This document shows positions 6,905 through 8,518 of a DNA stretch of 8,518 nucleotides, in pieces. The first letter of the stretch is position 1. The number at the start of each line of letters is the position of its first letter. A program made the position numbers and the translations under genes. The notes under the pieces were generated by a model that was given only the letters and a program-made list of their open reading frames with translations, did no database searches and was not told the DNA's origin. This DNA is from Candidatus Woesearchaeota archaeon CG1_02_57_44 (GTDB lineage Archaea; Nanobdellota; Nanobdellia; Woesearchaeales; CG1-02-57-44), in contig MNWW01000047.1 in assembly GCA_001871415.1 (NCBI GenBank), forward strand, positions 1-8,518, given 5' to 3'.

Positions 6905-6960
6905 GCAAACGAGCCACCGAGGGTTTAAAAAGGTGGCTCGCAGGGTTATATATTTTGCTA
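6905..6960. repeat. 56-bp palindromic element, copy 2
   Basis: gcaaacgagccaccgagggtttaaaaaggtggctcgcagggttatatattttgcta. Perfect 9-bp inverted repeat cgagccacc (6910-6918) / ggtggctcg (6932-6940) around a 13-nt spacer, with outer gcaaa/tttgc complementarity. Confidence 0.97.
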
Positions 6961-7197
6961 GGGGGGAGAAAGGGCTCAAAGACCGGAATTCTGATAGTGT
7001 GGACCGCAAATCGCGCATCCGATAGGTGGGCGAAAAGCGCTTCCGGAACCGCTGAAGAGCGTGCAGATTTTCATGGCGAACGCATTTGAAGGAGCAGGGG
7101 GAATACACCTGCAGGAAGTTACGCAGCTTGGCGTTCATCGATGGAGACAATCTGCTTGGCGCTTGGGGAGTGGGTCGATGCTCGTTGACATCAGAAG

Positions 7198-7247
7198 ATA
7201 TTTATATAAGTTTATACTAACAATTATATAGATATATTCAAAGGTGA
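7198..7247 (+). promoter_or_regulatory. TA operon promoter: TATA box within an inverted-repeat operator, plus SD
   Basis: TTTATATA at 7201-7208. Arms atatttatataa (7198-7209) and ttatatagatat (7224-7235) match 11/12 as inverted repeats with a 14-bp spacer. GGTGA at 7243-7247 precedes ATG 7252. Confidence 0.7.
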
Positions 7248-7251
7248 TGAG

Positions 7252-7515
7252 ATGCAAGGATCAGCCATCATCCACTATCCGAACCTGAATACCGTGCTTA
7301 TGATAGAGAACGCCCTGAAAGAGTCAGATGCGCTCTTGAACCGGGAACAGCTCAAGAAACGGCTACCGACCAAGGTCATGCACCAGACATTGAACGTGGC
7401 CCTGCGCTACCTGGAGGATAGCGGGAAGATTCTGGATGGAAGGAAAGGGATCCTGTGGATCCACAATCCAAGTCCGAAGCTGGACAAGGCCATCCGGGAG
7501 GGGATCGAGCTGTGA
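7252..7515 (+). CDS. Small winged-helix-like DNA-binding protein, putative antitoxin (87 aa)
   Basis: Good SD/TATA context. The helix-helix-helix plus wing pattern reads (LNREQLKKRLP...HQTLNVALRYLEDSGKI...GILWI). The stop overlaps the GTG of the downstream RelE-fold gene (GTGA). Confidence 0.8.
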   Translation: MQGSAIIHYPNLNTVLMIENALKESDALLNREQLKKRLPTKVMHQTLNVALRYLEDSGKILDGRKGILWIHNPSPKLDKAIREGIEL

Positions 7516-7892
7516 CCTTGAAGGGCAAGCCAACCAGAGTCATCATCACCGGCGCCGCGCGAAAAGAGCTGGATGGCCTGAACAATGCAGTCGACGATGA
7601 GAGAAGAAGAGGCATAACGAAGAGCGATCGCCAGACCCTGCTGCGCTCCATCGAGCAGAAGGTCGCGTTACTCAAGGACAATCCCGAGTATGGCACCCAC
7701 ATCCCGAAAGACCGCATCCCGAAGGAGTACGTGAAGGCCTACGAGGTTAGCAACCTATGGAAGGTCAATCTCTCAGGCGCATGGAGGATGTTGTATACAG
7801 TGAGAGGCAGCGACGTGGAGATAATAGCGCTGATCCTGGACATAGTGGACCATGGCGCGTATGATAAGAAGTTCGGATACAGGAGGAAGTGA
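7512..7892 (+). CDS. RelE/ParE-superfamily (HigB/YoeB-like) putative toxin (126 aa)
   Basis: GTG 7512 is coupled to the upstream stop. RelE-fold pattern: RVIITGAARKEL..., LKDNPEYG, NLWKVNLSGAWRMLYTV, ALILDIVDHGAYDKKFGY. Confidence 0.8.
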   Translation: MTLKGKPTRVIITGAARKELDGLNNAVDDERRRGITKSDRQTLLRSIEQKVALLKDNPEYGTHIPKDRIPKEYVKAYEVSNLWKVNLSGAWRMLYTVRGSDVEIIALILDIVDHGAYDKKFGYRRK

Positions 7893-7895
7893 CCT

Positions 7896-8444
7896 TCACC
7901 GCGCATACCAGTATCTGACCCCGACATACCACGGCCACGCGAGCCATGGCAAGGGGATGGTGATGAAGACACCTGCAGTGCCCAGCCAGAAGCGCCGCTC
8001 TGATACCAGTGCCTTCATGCCCGTGCCGAATGATTGCTTCCCCAGCGCCGCGACAATCGCGGGGGTGAGCGCCAGCAGCGCATACCCGGTGAGCGTCATT
8101 ATCCAGCGCTGTTGCCCGAGCAATGTCAGATACAGCAGGCCGCTGCCAGTGATGAGCAACAGGTCAAGCCACCAGTAACGCGCGAAGCCCTGTCTGCTGC
8201 CAAGCGCTTTCATTGCCAGGTATTGGCTGAAGGGGAGCAGCACCAGCAGGAGGATGATGAATCCAGCGAGATACGCGTAGGAGACTGCCAGCGCGATGCG
8301 CAGGTAATATGCCGCAAGCTCGTCTGTCGCAGCACCTATGGCAAGGCCTGCCAGCCGCGGGAACAATTGCGAGAGCAGACCGTATAAGAAAAGGGGCACT
8401 GCCACGGTCAGGTCAGCGAGCGCTGAGAGCAGAAGCGTTCTCAT
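7896..8444 (-). CDS. Hypothetical polytopic membrane protein (182 aa, about 5-6 hydrophobic segments)
   Basis: Several long hydrophobic stretches with Arg/Trp/Tyr-rich borders. A TATA-like box lies 30 nt upstream of the ATG. It converges on the toxin gene with a 3-bp gap. Confidence 0.82.
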   Translation of the reverse strand: MRTLLLSALADLTVAVPLFLYGLLSQLFPRLAGLAIGAATDELAAYYLRIALAVSYAYLAGFIILLLVLLPFSQYLAMKALGSRQGFARYWWLDLLLITGSGLLYLTLLGQQRWIMTLTGYALLALTPAIVAALGKQSFGTGMKALVSERRFWLGTAGVFITIPLPWLAWPWYVGVRYWYAR

Positions 8445-8466
8445 GCGCGGGTGGGTGCGCCGCTCT

Positions 8467-8474
8467 CTTAATAA
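8467..8474 (-). promoter_or_regulatory. TATA-like box for leaderless transcription of the membrane protein gene
   Basis: Minus-strand TTATTAAG begins 30 nt upstream of ATG 8444 in otherwise GC-rich sequence, and no SD is evident. Confidence 0.55.
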
Positions 8475-8518
8475 CCTATCCGCTTAAGGCCGGGAATGGC
8501 ATCAAAGTGCTTGTCATT

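Larger units (their letters stand above)
5188..6960. mobile_element. Candidate direct-repeat-flanked cassette carrying the AAA ATPase gene
   Basis: 56-bp direct repeats offset by 1717 bp. The enclosed gene is lower in GC (two hand-counted 60-bp lines, starting 6001 and 6361: 45%) than the flanking operon (three lines, starting 601, 1621 and 4321: 60-73%). No recombinase or transposase gene is in the window. Confidence 0.4.

Noticed and set aside
5188..6960. 56-bp repeats as CRISPR repeats, integron attC or dif sites
   Set aside because: There are only two copies, 1.7 kb apart, with no spacers or cas genes. AAC...GTT triplets are present, but the span is too short and lacks R/L box geometry for attC. 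The 9-13-9 layout does not fit the 11-6-11 dif pattern.
7081..7130. Resemblance to SRP helix 8 (gaaggagcag) or RNase P P4 (caggaagttacgc) motifs
   Set aside because: The required pairing partners and conserved flanking motifs are missing, and there is not enough room for the full RNA.
5170..7150. Two ~90-aa minus-strand ORFs (5170-5451, 6887-7150) sharing AKYI(N/T)LRATFLNPRW(V/L)VC
   Set aside because: The shared peptide is simply the translated 56-bp DNA repeat. Both nucleotide differences are non-synonymous and the remainders are unrelated and not protein-like. It is not fully excluded without Ribo-seq.
7455..7511. ORF-track extended start of the toxin
   Set aside because: It would overlap the upstream gene by 61 bp. 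GTG 7512 gives a standard 4-bp coupled overlap and starts just before the first RelE-fold strand.
7376..8387. ORFs 7376-7717 (-), 7739-7972 (-), 7765-7947 (-), 7852-8178 (+), 8034-8387 (+)
   Set aside because: They are antisense or overlapping shadows of the TA pair and the membrane protein gene.

Overview
Most likely an archaeal window, probably from a DPANN/Woesearchaeota-like genome. That assignment is inferred from a class III (prepilin-type) signal peptide, BRE/TATA promoters, leaderless starts and dense N-glycosylation sequons. The left 5.2 kb is a minus-strand, translationally coupled surface-protein operon. It holds a 625-aa pilin-like protein (TTG start at 5191) and a >1105-aa secreted FN3/Ig-repeat, Cys-rich protein (3317 to beyond base 1), which the ORF track misses because its stop lies outside the window. 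Next is a lower-GC AAA_14/DUF4143 (COG1373-type) ATPase gene bracketed by two direct copies of a 56-bp palindromic element (5188-5243 and 6905-6960, 54/56 identical). The left copy carries the predicted promoter, ribosome-binding site and start codon of the surface operon. The right part has a wHTH-like + RelE/ParE-fold putative toxin-antitoxin pair with a palindromic operator, and a convergent small membrane protein. The most interesting signal is the repeat-flanked ATPase cassette sitting at the surface-operon promoter. All domain calls are from motif reading only; no database search was run.
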